From Candidatus Bathyarchaeota archaeon (GTDB lineage Archaea; Thermoproteota; Bathyarchaeia; 40CM-2-53-6): a stretch of 64,000 bases of DNA. Positions within the stretch are counted from its first letter, which is position 1; each line of letters opens with the position of its first letter. The notes beneath the pieces are model-generated. The model saw only the letters and a list, made by a program, of their open reading frames with translations, was not told where the DNA came from and did no database searches. Location: the NCBI GenBank assembly GCA_005884195.1, contig VBBP01000055.1, positions 15,021-79,020 of the forward strand, given 5' to 3'. Shown piece by piece: positions 10,543 to 20,479 of the stretch. The position numbers were made by a program, and so were the translations under genes.

Positions 10543-11643
10543 TTAACTCTTTAGGACTCGTGGAATCATTCCGCCGCGGATCATCAAGTCTGCCAATCCT
10601 ATTGCGACCATTCCTTGGACTACCGGTACGGCTTTGGGGACTACGCACGGGTCGTGGCGTCCTTTGACCTCAAGTTTGGTCTCCTCCATCTGGGTCATGT
10701 TCACGGTCCTTTGCTCCTTCGCAATTGAGGAAGGCGGCTTGAAAGCGACTCTGAGCAGTAGAGGCATTCCGGTCGACATTCCCCCCAAGACCCCTCCCGA
10801 ATTATTGGTCAACGTGACAACCGTTCCCTCTTTGATCACGTATTGATCGTTGTTTTCAGATCCCTTGAGACGGGTTGCCTGGAACCCTGCTCCAAATTCG
10901 ACTCCCTTGACGGCAGGGATTCCGAAGAGTATCTTGGCGAGCTCGGAGTCGATAGCGTCGAAGAGTGGTTCGCCAACGCCCACCGGAAGGTTCAACGCGG
11001 TACACTCGACAATTCCCCCGACACTATCCCCATCATCTTTTGCGCTTAACACAACTTGGCGCATTTTCTCCGCTATGGCCTGGTTTGGGCATCTCATCGA
11101 GTTCTCATAGGTCATCTTCTTCACAGCTTCAAGGCTAGGAGCATTATCCAATTGAACTCCGTCGATGGCAAAGGTATACGCTAGGACCTCCACGCCAAAC
11201 GTAGAAAGGAGTTTTTGGGCGATCGCTCCCGCGGCTACGAATGCTGCAGTCATTCTTCCTGACAGTCTCCCTCCTCCTCGGTAGTCGCTGAACCCACCAT
11301 ACTTCACCTTCGCCGGATAATCCGAGTGTCCAGGCCGAACGAGGTCTTTGAGAGGCTCGTAATCCGATGATTTCACGTCTCTATTTTTGATATGCAACGT
11401 CATCGGCGCGCCTGTTGTATGGTCCTGGAATACTCCTGAGAATAATTCCACAACATCAGGCTCTCGTCGGGCAGAAACGACCTCTTTCTCTTGCGGAATT
11501 CTCAGGTCTAGGGACTGCTGAATGTCATAGACCCTTAGTGATAGTCCGGCGGGGCAGCCATCTACTGTGACACCTACTACCGGGCCGTGGCTTTCTCCGA
11601 AACAGGTAACCACGAACGCTTTACCGATAGAATTACTCCACAC
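10543..11643 (-). CDS. aroC: chorismate synthase
   Basis: FGESHG and RSSARET-like motifs. Confidence 0.9.
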   Translation of the reverse strand: MWSNSIGKAFVVTCFGESHGPVVGVTVDGCPAGLSLRVYDIQQSLDLRIPQEKEVVSARREPDVVELFSGVFQDHTTGAPMTLHIKNRDVKSSDYEPLKDLVRPGHSDYPAKVKYGGFSDYRGGGRLSGRMTAAFVAAGAIAQKLLSTFGVEVLAYTFAIDGVQLDNAPSLEAVKKMTYENSMRCPNQAIAEKMRQVVLSAKDDGDSVGGIVECTALNLPVGVGEPLFDAIDSELAKILFGIPAVKGVEFGAGFQATRLKGSENNDQYVIKEGTVVTLTNNSGGVLGGMSTGMPLLLRVAFKPPSSIAKEQRTVNMTQMEETKLEVKGRHDPCVVPKAVPVVQGMVAIGLADLMIRGGMIPRVLKS

Positions 11644-12907
11644 TGAGTTCTGCCCCCAATCTTGAGAGGTCCTGGAAGAATTCCGGGTAGGATTTCGAAA
11701 CAGCTTCCGAGTTCTGTACTATTGACTCTCCCTTGGCCCCAAGAGATGCGGCGGCGCACGCCATGGCGACACGATGGTCGCCGTGTGAATCGAACGCGCT
11801 TCCGACCAATTCTCTGTTTCCTTCAATCTTGATCATGTCGTTTTCAACACGAATCTTGGCGCCCATCTTCCCCAGCTCCGTTGGCAGAGTTTGTAATCGG
11901 TTCGACTCCTTGTAAACCAGCCTCTTCACCCCTCGGATCTCCGTTGACCCGTCCGCGAAACATCCTAAGATCTCCAGCGGGGGAACAAGATCCGGGTTAT
12001 TACTCGCGTCAAAATCGAACCCATCCAGCTCTCCCCTACCTATCGTCAGACTATCCCCATCCTGCTGAACCTCAAGACCGATTTCAGGAGCGACTTTCAT
12101 CATGGCAGAATCAGGCTCAAGCTCGTAGGAGCCAAGGCCAGATATGATGATCTCGGCTCCAGCAACTCCGGTCGCAGCAATGAGGAAGGCTGCTGACGAA
12201 AAGTCTCCTGGAACTTGATGAGAAGCAGGGACGAACTTTTGGGGGGCCGGAATCCTAAACGTTCCCTCAGATTCCTCGATAGAGATTCCGTGCTTCCTCA
12301 GCACGTCAATGGACACGTCAACGTACGGCCGCGATTCCAGTGAGCCCTCTACCTTTATCGTGACGTCTCTCATTGCCAGAGGGGCTGCGAAGAGGAGACC
12401 CGAGATGAACTGCGAGCTTATGTCGCCTCGAACCGTGACTTCTCCTCCTCTGAGAGGTCCCCTAATCAGTACCTCAAAGCCGTGTGTGTCGGAAAACGCC
12501 CGCGCGGAGGCACCTAGAACGTTGATTGCCTGCACAAGCGGATCCAACGGCCTGTTGGCAAGTCTCGGGCTGCACGTTAGCCTAACTGTTCTTAGAGAAG
12601 TAGACGCGATCGCGGTCAGGAACCTGAGGGTGGCTCCGGACTCACCGCAGTCAAAGGGTCTGTTAGTAGGTGTCGGTCTCGTGACCCCGTAGGAAATTGT
12701 CCGGGTTTTCTTGACAACCACGTTCGCTCCTAACCGTTGCATCCCTTGAAGTGTTCGCTGGGTATCATCACAGTGCAGTGCTCCATCGATAACCGATTTT
12801 CCCTCTGACAACAGAGAGGCGAGGAGTGCTCTGTGGGTGTACGCCTTGGATCCGGGAGCCTTTACTTTCCCGTGCAGCGCTTGGGGACCCTTGATCCTGG
12901 CTCTCAG
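11633..12907 (-). CDS. aroA: 3-phosphoshikimate 1-carboxyvinyltransferase (EPSP synthase), likely CTG start
   Basis: The track starts at TTG 12811, but the conserved KAPGSKAYTHRALLASL motif is encoded upstream in the same frame with no ATG/GTG/TTG. CTG at 12907-12905 overlaps the aroK stop (CTGA) and aligns with the MLLVIKP... start of homologues. Confidence 0.82.
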   Translation of the reverse strand: MRARIKGPQALHGKVKAPGSKAYTHRALLASLLSEGKSVIDGALHCDDTQRTLQGMQRLGANVVVKKTRTISYGVTRPTPTNRPFDCGESGATLRFLTAIASTSLRTVRLTCSPRLANRPLDPLVQAINVLGASARAFSDTHGFEVLIRGPLRGGEVTVRGDISSQFISGLLFAAPLAMRDVTIKVEGSLESRPYVDVSIDVLRKHGISIEESEGTFRIPAPQKFVPASHQVPGDFSSAAFLIAATGVAGAEIIISGLGSYELEPDSAMMKVAPEIGLEVQQDGDSLTIGRGELDGFDFDASNNPDLVPPLEILGCFADGSTEIRGVKRLVYKESNRLQTLPTELGKMGAKIRVENDMIKIEGNRELVGSAFDSHGDHRVAMACAAASLGAKGESIVQNSEAVSKSYPEFFQDLSRLGAELSVE

Positions 12908-13782
12908 GTCTCGATCAACGCCTTCGAAAAGTTCAGGTTAGCCTCGATAACTCGTCCATCGAATCTTGCGAAAGCCTGCCGCACAGGGTTCAAGGTTTTC
13001 TCGTCGATTATGGCGGCAACGGCAGGGCCCTTGCCAGACAGTCCTGCTCCGAGTGCGCCTGCTTCGATTGCTGAGAGTGCTGGGCGAGGGTCTTCTCCGA
13101 GGATGGATGCGACCGCGAGGCCGTTGAGCGTGAGCGCGTCCCAGATGTGGCCGTTGCTGGCTTCGCCGTACGCTAATTCGGATATCCGCCGAATAGGAGC
13201 AAATCTGGTCGGATCCAAGTGTCCTGTTCGAGTTTTTCGTGGTGGAACAAGTATGAGGACCCTGAGATCTCGGGGGATCTTGAGAATTTTTTCCGCCTTT
13301 CTACAATCATTATCTGTTAGGACACCGCCGCCGTGATAGGACGCGAATGAATCGTCGTACGCTCCTGTCAGGCTTACGCCGGATTCGATGGATGCCTCAA
13401 CTCCAATCCCGACTAGCCCATCATCATCTGTCTTTTCATCAATGGCAGAAGCAGTAGCTAGGGCCACTGCGTTGGCAGCGGCGCTGCTGCTCTTGAGACC
13501 AACAGCTATTGGAATGTTTGATGAGGTGACGACTTCTCCTTGCAGCTTCCGCTCATACCCATAGTGCTCTAGGGTTTTCTGGACCACTGTGATCGCGAGG
13601 CTGTTGGATTCTTTCGGGTCCGAGGATACGAATCCAGAGATCGGGCCAGGTCCCTCGCGTAGGCTGACTTTGGCTCGGGTCCAAAGGTCTACTCCAAGGG
13701 CGCCTCCTTTCCCCGTAGGAAACGCGTTTAGTATGCTGATGGCTCCGTGCGAGAGAGCCTGACCGGTCCTTTTCATTTCCAA
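12904..13782 (-). CDS. aroK: shikimate kinase, archaeal GHMP-kinase type
   Basis: GHMP glycine-rich loop (AVGLKSSSAAANA). It sits between aroE and aroA. Confidence 0.7.
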   Translation of the reverse strand: MEMKRTGQALSHGAISILNAFPTGKGGALGVDLWTRAKVSLREGPGPISGFVSSDPKESNSLAITVVQKTLEHYGYERKLQGEVVTSSNIPIAVGLKSSSAAANAVALATASAIDEKTDDDGLVGIGVEASIESGVSLTGAYDDSFASYHGGGVLTDNDCRKAEKILKIPRDLRVLILVPPRKTRTGHLDPTRFAPIRRISELAYGEASNGHIWDALTLNGLAVASILGEDPRPALSAIEAGALGAGLSGKGPAVAAIIDEKTLNPVRQAFARFDGRVIEANLNFSKALIET

Positions 13783-14612
13783 TCCTTTCCCAACCAGTCG
13801 ACGAGGGAGGATCGCATGAGGGCGAATGGAGCGGTCTCATTTAGCCAGATTTCGTAAGACAGGGCAGCCTGGTGCACGAGCATCTCTAGCGGGCTTATCA
13901 TGCCGCTTCCGGCAGGAATCGGTTCGCTATGCTTGTCGTATGCGAGGTCAAAGACCCAGCCCGTATCCTTCAATTTGTTGAGTGGAATCTTGAGTTGGGA
14001 TAGGAGTGCCGAGGTCCGTATCGGAGTCGAATTGACGAGAAGATCTGTATCGCGGAGAGAATTCTCCAAACTATTCTTGTCAAGTTCTCCATACGAAATT
14101 CTGCAGGGGCCAGATGCTCTATCCGCTAGTTGTCGGGCCTTGTCTAAGGTTCTGTTGAGAATTCGGATCTTGTTGTTTTCTCTAGAAAAACGATGGACTA
14201 GCGCTTTGGCAGCTCCTCCGGCCCCTAGAACTAGTATGCGCTTATTGTTGGGTTCGAAACCGTAGGATCTTAGTGCTCTGACAGCTCCTTCGCCGTCAGT
14301 GTTGTGCCCTACAAGTCCTCTATTGGTTCGGGAAACGGTGTTGACCGACCCGATCATCTCGGTTCCATCGTTCAGGTGGTCCAGCATTTCTATGATAGCG
14401 GTCTTGTGAGGCATTGTGACGTTGAAGCCATCAAACCCGAGTGTGCGGGCTGCTTCCACTGCATCTTCTAGCTTGTCTTTGGTGATCTCGAATGGCACAT
14501 AGGTTCTGTTGAGGCAGAGTTTCTCGAAGGTCCTGTTGAAGATTACCGGGCTGAGGCTGTGGGATACTGGTGATCCGTAGAGAGAGTGGACTCTCGTGTC
14601 GCCTTTGATCAT
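13773..14612 (-). CDS. aroE: shikimate dehydrogenase
   Basis: GSPVSHSLSP, NVTMPHK and GAGGAAKA motifs. Confidence 0.85.
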   Translation of the reverse strand: MIKGDTRVHSLYGSPVSHSLSPVIFNRTFEKLCLNRTYVPFEITKDKLEDAVEAARTLGFDGFNVTMPHKTAIIEMLDHLNDGTEMIGSVNTVSRTNRGLVGHNTDGEGAVRALRSYGFEPNNKRILVLGAGGAAKALVHRFSRENNKIRILNRTLDKARQLADRASGPCRISYGELDKNSLENSLRDTDLLVNSTPIRTSALLSQLKIPLNKLKDTGWVFDLAYDKHSEPIPAGSGMISPLEMLVHQAALSYEIWLNETAPFALMRSSLVDWLGKDWK

Positions 14613-14618
14613 GTGTTG

Positions 14619-15302
14619 TTACTCCACGCCTAGCATCTCGTAGATTCGTCGAAGTTCAGCGATAGTCGATTGTCCCGGGGCGGTTTCTAGCCCTCTCTCG
14701 AGAGAAGCGTAGGTGAAGTGGGCCCCGTAGAATGGTGCTAGTAGTCTAGACCAGACTCCTGCCTGTCCCATTGCAAAACTGACCAGCGGTGAATTCTGAT
14801 GGTTTGCTTTCAACAGACTGAGAACCGTCAGATTGTCTTCAGGAATCTGGGCTGTTGTGACGATCTTGCAGACATCTGGTTTGAACTTCTGTAATTGGGC
14901 TAGGGTCGAGGCAAGTTTCGCCGGATCGGGTGTTCTGAAGTGGTCATGGTGTGATAGTATGATCTTGGCACCTTTGTCTCGGAATGTCTTGATGACGCGG
15001 TCAAGCTTGCTTGTCGTGAGCTCCAGGTCCACGTACTGGAATCCCCCCTCTACTGCCTCCATCAGAATCTTCAACCGCTCAGCTTCGGATCTGTCGAAGG
15101 ATCCTTTCTCTGACAAGGGCCTGTTTGTTCCGATGATTGGTCGCTCCACTGCCCTTGCTATCTTTGTGAGTCCATGGTAGCTGCGGAGCCTGTCCAAACG
15201 AACTTCTACGAGGTCGGCAGAGAGTCTCTCAGCCCTCTGGGCTCTGCCCAGTAGTTCTGGGGTGTCGGTGGAGGAGATTGAGACGCAGACTTTTGGGTTC
15301 AT
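14619..15302 (-). CDS. aroD: 3-dehydroquinate dehydratase type I
   Basis: TIM-barrel type-I DHQase pattern (VEVRLD ... ILSHH). Confidence 0.8.
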   Translation of the reverse strand: MNPKVCVSISSTDTPELLGRAQRAERLSADLVEVRLDRLRSYHGLTKIARAVERPIIGTNRPLSEKGSFDRSEAERLKILMEAVEGGFQYVDLELTTSKLDRVIKTFRDKGAKIILSHHDHFRTPDPAKLASTLAQLQKFKPDVCKIVTTAQIPEDNLTVLSLLKANHQNSPLVSFAMGQAGVWSRLLAPFYGAHFTYASLERGLETAPGQSTIAELRRIYEMLGVE

Positions 15303-16354
15303 TTCTCGATAATCATCTCATCTGCAACTTTTGTTCCAAAGTGGCGCCCGCCCTCTTCGAATCGGACCAGTACTTCGTCGCCAGGCTTGATCTCGGAAAC
15401 CGACTTGGACCCGTCTCGCGTAACTAGCCGGACTGTTTCAGCGTTCTGAACTATCGTCGTTATCTTTCGGTTTCCAATGTTCGCTTCGACGAGAATCATC
15501 GGCCTGCGTTCGATCTTGATTCTCGCGACGTCAACGCTCCGTGTTCTTCCCGTCCTGTCGATCAGGAGTACGGTTTCTCCTGCTGATAGCTCGGAGAGGT
15601 ACCGTGTTTTTCCTTTCGCCATTAGAACGTATGACGAGACGGGGCCCGCGTTTACCCTGAAGGGGCGCGAGTTCACATGAGGATTCGGATGTACTTCGCC
15701 CTCGGCCAGGAAGAGTGCTTGCGACGAAGAGCCAGTCAATAGTCCCTCGCCGGGTTCAAGAATCTCAGTCGTGTCCACGCAGACCCTAGCTCCTGTCCCA
15801 ATGGGCTTGACGCTTGTCACAATAGCAGTTGAGAGCGAGATGTCCTCGGAATCCCCTAGTATCAAGTCTCGGGTCCTGAGAATCTCACTCATGTCGTGGG
15901 AGGCAAGCGCTATCCCGTCGGCTCCCAGTTCTAGAGTTGAGAGCGCTATCCTGCTTTCGTCAAAACTTGTGGTTCTAGCAAGAAGCTTTGAACGTCCTTT
16001 CGCCTCCGCGATCAGGTTTTCGAGCGGGATGATCTTCCAGTTGGGGCAATTGATCAGGAGATAATCGGGACTTAGCTCGAGTGCCTGAGATATCTTGTCA
16101 AGCTCCTTCTGATTGCCGATCATAACCTCCAGCGCTACTGGCGTCCTGCTCCTCTTGGCGCTGGACAGGTTGTCAAGGTTTGATGTGACAAGAATATCCG
16201 TCCCTTGTAGCCGCGAGGCGATTTTCGTTGAAACTCCAGCAAGGTCTTTGTCTGTGAGGACTGTGTGTGGCCTGGCTTCGACAACCATCTTGCGGATGGC
16301 TTCTGCAGATAGGTCAGGGTTAGGCTCTAGCCAGAATTCTCTCACTTCTTTCAC
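15299..16354 (-). CDS. 3-dehydroquinate synthase II (archaeal, MJ1249 type)
   Basis: Family-specific sequence, and its position between the ADH synthase gene and aroD in a DKFP-type pathway. Confidence 0.72.
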   Translation of the reverse strand: MKEVREFWLEPNPDLSAEAIRKMVVEARPHTVLTDKDLAGVSTKIASRLQGTDILVTSNLDNLSSAKRSRTPVALEVMIGNQKELDKISQALELSPDYLLINCPNWKIIPLENLIAEAKGRSKLLARTTSFDESRIALSTLELGADGIALASHDMSEILRTRDLILGDSEDISLSTAIVTSVKPIGTGARVCVDTTEILEPGEGLLTGSSSQALFLAEGEVHPNPHVNSRPFRVNAGPVSSYVLMAKGKTRYLSELSAGETVLLIDRTGRTRSVDVARIKIERRPMILVEANIGNRKITTIVQNAETVRLVTRDGSKSVSEIKPGDEVLVRFEEGGRHFGTKVADEMIIEK

Positions 16355-17133
16355 CCAGGATGGAGAGTGCTTGCGTAGGGCTGTTGCCGTTGTGGACTAT
16401 CTCGACGAGCGCTCTAGTCATCAAGGCGGGCTTGCTGTTCTGGAACACGTTTCGCCCAATCGATACTCCTGCGGCTCCTGCTTTGATCGAGTCCGACACG
16501 AGCTGGAGAGATTCGGATTCGCTGCCGGCTTTCGGCCCGCCAGCTACGACCAACGGTGCTTTGACGCTCTTAACGACGTTTCGGAAGCTTTCAACTTCTC
16601 CAGTATAGTTCGTCTTGACGATGTCTGCTCCTAGTTCGTAGCCGAGCCGAGCTGCGTGGCTGACGACCTCGTAAGCGTGTTCGTTCTGGATTCCGGGTCC
16701 TCTCGGATACATCATCGCGAGGACCGGCAGGCCTACATCGTCGCTCTCGTCTAGTATTCGCGAGAACTGGTCGAGCATGTGTTGCTCGTGTTCGGATCCG
16801 ACGTTGATATGAACAGATACAGCGTCAGCTCCTAGTCGGAGGGCTAGTTTGACACTGGAGAGTTGCGTTTTCCAGTTGGGTTCGCGGGTTAGTCGCGTGG
16901 CGCCTGAGAGGTGGACTATTAGGCCCATTCCCTGATTGTCAACCGTCTTCGCGGTGCCGGCGTGGACGAGTACGGCGTCGGCTCCTCCCTTGGCCACATT
17001 GTCGATGGTCTCGCTCATGTCGGTGAGTCCTTCGATTGGTCCGACGGATACTCCATGGTCCATGGGTATAATGACGGTCCTGCCGTCTTGGCGGAATATT
17101 CGTCGGAGTCTGCGGGTTTTTCCAGTTTCCATT
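16320..17133 (-). CDS. 2-amino-3,7-dideoxy-D-threo-hept-6-ulosonate (ADH) synthase, class-I aldolase fold
   Basis: DhnA/FbaB-like (VIIPMDHG ... GADAVLVH ... lysine region). The likely ATG start at 17133 (METGKT...) removes the low-complexity extension in the track ORF. Confidence 0.72.
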
Positions 17134-17142
17134 TGTATTTGA

Positions 17143-18192
17143 TCACTTGATGATCTTCTTTGCAATGAAGAGTTCCGCGTTGAGGATGGAGCACCCCGCT
17201 CCGCCGCGGACGAGGTTGTGGCCGAGGGCCATATACTTGACACCGTTCAACGCCGGGTCTCGGCGGACCCGTCCGACGGTGACCGCCATCCCATTTCCCG
17301 CATCGACATCGAGCCTTGTCTGCGGACGATCTTCCTCCTCCCGGACAACGATCGGATGCTCGGGTGCTGAGGGGAGCTTGAGTTGTTGAGGAGTTCCCCT
17401 GAACTCTCTCATCGCCTTGACGATTTGGTTAGGTGTTACGGCTGATCGTGTTTTGGCGAAGACTGCTTCCATGTGCCCGTGGAGCGTTGGGACCCTGTTG
17501 CAGCTTGCGGAGACAGTAATCCCGGCGGGTTTCGACGTTGTTCCGAGTATCTTGTTGGTTTCATGTTCGACTTTTTCCTCCTCGTTCCTGATGAACGGGA
17601 TGACGTTCTGCATGATGTCGAGGGACGCGACTCCGGGGTATCCTGCGCCGGAAACGGCTTGCATTGAGGATACGACGACGGTTTCCAGCCCGTACTTGTC
17701 GTGCAGGGGTTTGAGAGATAGGGTGAGGATCGCGGTTGTGCAGTTGGGGTTGGCAACAATGAAACCGTCAGTCTTCATCTTTCGTTTCTGTTCCTCTACC
17801 ATCACGGCATGTTCAGGGTTTGCTTCTGGATTCAGGAGTGGGACGTATTGATCCATTCTGTGCGATGATGCATTAGAGAAAACTGGTATCCCGGCTCTAG
17901 CAAACTCTTCCTCCACTGTTCCTGCGACTTCAGCAGGAAGGGCAGAGAAGGCAAGTTCCGGGTCGTCCAGGGCCCGCGGGTTAGGTTTTGTTAGTACGAG
18001 TCCTCCGAGCTCATCGGGGAGGTTTGCCTCTTTTCGGGATCCGATCGAGGACGCGTATGTTTTGCCCATGCTCTTGTCGGATGCCGCAACAGCAGTTACC
18101 TCGAACCATGGGTGGTGGCCTAGTAGCTGGACAAATTTCTGACCCATCATTCCGGTCGCTCCGAGGACGACTACCTTTCTCTTGTTCACCAT
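17143..18192 (-). CDS. asd: aspartate-semialdehyde dehydrogenase
   Basis: VVVLGATGMMGQ Rossmann domain and an active-site Cys region. Confidence 0.85.
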   Translation of the reverse strand: MVNKRKVVVLGATGMMGQKFVQLLGHHPWFEVTAVAASDKSMGKTYASSIGSRKEANLPDELGGLVLTKPNPRALDDPELAFSALPAEVAGTVEEEFARAGIPVFSNASSHRMDQYVPLLNPEANPEHAVMVEEQKRKMKTDGFIVANPNCTTAILTLSLKPLHDKYGLETVVVSSMQAVSGAGYPGVASLDIMQNVIPFIRNEEEKVEHETNKILGTTSKPAGITVSASCNRVPTLHGHMEAVFAKTRSAVTPNQIVKAMREFRGTPQQLKLPSAPEHPIVVREEEDRPQTRLDVDAGNGMAVTVGRVRRDPALNGVKYMALGHNLVRGGAGCSILNAELFIAKKIIK

Positions 18193-18193
18193 T

Positions 18194-19540
18194 CTAGCTG
18201 TTCTCCAGCGAGGTTCTGATCAGTCCTCCAGCTTGTTTCCTGAGCTTCCAGTCGACGAGGACAAGGACGGACGATGTTATTGTGAGGACGCCGAATATGT
18301 TGATGTTACTCGACCGCAAAACATCGGATATTCTCGCGACCACTCCCGGCGTCTCTTCCGAGCCCACTCCCTTGACCGTGATGAGCGACATGCCCATCCG
18401 AATGGCGAGGGCAAGACCGTGAGGATCCCTTGAAATTACGTCGTGAAGTCTGGAAATCTGTCGTGGCAGGCTCGGTGTCTGGCTAAGGTAGAGTATCGCG
18501 CTATCGCTGTCCTGAGAGATAGCAACCAGATTCGTTCTGATGATCCGGGTGACTTTCCGAATAAGTTCTGGGTTCTGGGGTAGGTCCCGTCCTACCAAGG
18601 TGATGGAGGCTACCGGATCTGGATTGTGGATTTTCACCTCCAGCTCAGGCAATGGTCCGCCAGTGATCTGAGTTCCCTTTGCGTCAAGTCTTCCTGCTGC
18701 GCTGGATATGACTCGAATGTTGATCGCTGGGTCCTTGTATCGTAGCGCTTTTCGATGAATGAATTTTGTTCCGCTATCAGCGATCCCGACCAACGCCTTC
18801 ATGTCGATCGATCTTAGAACATGCGCATTACCGATGAGGTTGGGATCTCCTGTTAGGATTCCTTGTGCACTGGTCACAAGGACAACCTCGTCTGCTTCGA
18901 GTGCCGTGGCGAGGAGGAGGGCAGTGGTATCACTTCCCCCACGACCTAGCGTGCTAATTCGTCCGTCTCTGGTTCGGCCTATGAAGCCGCCGACCACCGG
19001 GATAATTCCGTCCTCGACAACCGGCTTCACATGTTTCCGTATTCTTTGAATGCTCACCGATCTCATTGGGTTTGCGTTTGAAAAGTCATGGTCGGTGATG
19101 ATCGGCCAGTCTCGGTCTGACGGGTCGAAGTAGCGGGCTTGTATCCCGCGTGATTTCAGTGATGCCGCGAATATTCTGGCGCTTGTTCGTTCGCCCATCG
19201 CGAGAATATCGTCCCTATCAGTTTCGACTATTCTTGCGCCGTGGTCGGTGAGTTCGAGAAGCTCGTCAGTAGTCTTTCCAACTGCGCTGACCACTACGAC
19301 TAGTCTGTTTCCTTTGGAGTATTCTCTGGCGACTGATTCTGCTGCTAGATTGATCTTTTTCCCGTTGGATAGGCTGGACCCGCCAAACTTTGCGATGATC
19401 AGGCGGCGGCGTTGACCCGCTCGCAACGCCCTGTTCGGTCGGTGTTCTAGTTCGGTTGTTGTGCAGGCTGGAGTCTGATTCTGGTGCTTAGACCTGGATG
19501 AGGGTCTCGGGAGCGGGTCTATGCCAGTAAAGATGACCAC
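18194..19540 (-). CDS. aspartate kinase
   Basis: IIAKFGGSS motif and C-terminal ACT domains. The true start is probably the TTG giving MRAGQRRRLIIAKFGG, so the track ORF is over-extended at the N-terminus. Confidence 0.8.
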   Translation of the reverse strand: MVIFTGIDPLPRPSSRSKHQNQTPACTTTELEHRPNRALRAGQRRRLIIAKFGGSSLSNGKKINLAAESVAREYSKGNRLVVVVSAVGKTTDELLELTDHGARIVETDRDDILAMGERTSARIFAASLKSRGIQARYFDPSDRDWPIITDHDFSNANPMRSVSIQRIRKHVKPVVEDGIIPVVGGFIGRTRDGRISTLGRGGSDTTALLLATALEADEVVLVTSAQGILTGDPNLIGNAHVLRSIDMKALVGIADSGTKFIHRKALRYKDPAINIRVISSAAGRLDAKGTQITGGPLPELEVKIHNPDPVASITLVGRDLPQNPELIRKVTRIIRTNLVAISQDSDSAILYLSQTPSLPRQISRLHDVISRDPHGLALAIRMGMSLITVKGVGSEETPGVVARISDVLRSSNINIFGVLTITSSVLVLVDWKLRKQAGGLIRTSLENS

Positions 19541-19672
19541 CCATCCCCGTTACACCAGAGATAGGTTCCAACTACACTGCGCGCTTATTTAGCGTTATGG
19601 AAACCCTTTCGGCCTGTTCCTTTCTCGAGGGAAGAAGAGCGTGGGCGTTTTTACCGTTTGTTGTGAGGCTGG

Positions 19673-20263
19673 CTAGATGCTGGCTCCGATGATCATTAGG
19701 ATCAGCGCGATTCCGAGCAGGGTCACTCCTAATCGTCCAGCTAAGCCCATTCTTTTCTGGAGGCCTGCGATTTGGGCTGCCTTCTGATCTTGAGCGGATG
19801 GTTCCGCCGGAGGTTTCGGGGACTGCTTCGTCAGTGATATGAATTTTCGACCTGCTGGAACTAGGACTCCGAGTGCTATGATAAGAACAACTAAGCCTAG
19901 GGCAGCGCCTGCTTGGATGTAGACTAGTCCTGGGCCTGTCAGGGCGAACGAGCTTGTTGTCTGGGTTGTTGCATACCCGTAAAGGATGACTCCTGCTACT
20001 ATTGCTAGGATTGAGCTTCCAGTGATGAACCTGAGGTACCTTGGGAGGGCGGACTGGATGAATTCGGCTCTGGAGGCCGGAGACATTTTCGAGAGTGAGG
20101 GAATAATTACGGAGACGAATAGTGCAGCGCCTCCCATCCAGGCTACTATTGCGCCAATATGGAGGACCAATAGAACGAGGAATGTAGGGTCGGCAGCCAT
20201 ATGCTGGAACCGGTACGGTGTTGAGGAGTTCTGGTTATTATGGTATGCCACTCGAATATCCAT
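19673..20263 (-). CDS. hypothetical integral membrane protein (about 5 TM)
   Basis: Hydrophobic helices only. No family recognised. Confidence 0.45.
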   Translation of the reverse strand: MDIRVAYHNNQNSSTPYRFQHMAADPTFLVLLVLHIGAIVAWMGGAALFVSVIIPSLSKMSPASRAEFIQSALPRYLRFITGSSILAIVAGVILYGYATTQTTSSFALTGPGLVYIQAGAALGLVVLIIALGVLVPAGRKFISLTKQSPKPPAEPSAQDQKAAQIAGLQKRMGLAGRLGVTLLGIALILMIIGASI

Positions 20264-20329
20264 TGTACCTTTTTCCGTAGAAAACCTACAATGGCTGGAA
20301 ACGGCCTCCCGCGCTGGTCGAAGACAGGC

Positions 20330-20432
20330 ATTTTTTTGCTAGCTTTTCTTTTGGGTAACTTTTTTTCTGCTAACTAACGTGTGACCTCCGTAGGGTGGCT
20401 GTTTTTCCCGCGGCCCGGCCCTTGTGAATTGG
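20330..20432 (+). repeat. conserved intergenic element, copy A: T-rich TAACT repeats followed by a GC-rich hairpin-like segment
   Basis: About 75% identical over roughly 80 nt to 50650..50752 (gTAACTttttttctgcTAACTaa ... GC-rich ... cccttgtgaa). Lies 50-150 nt upstream of glmS. Confidence 0.45.
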
Positions 20433-20479
20433 GTTCAAGAACTCTTAATGCCAACCTGCCGCCCCTAGAGACAAAGTCC

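Noticed and set aside
20330-20432. glmS ribozyme in the glmS leader
   Set aside because: This is an archaeon, and the element lacks the conserved glmS ribozyme core. The same element recurs at an unrelated locus.
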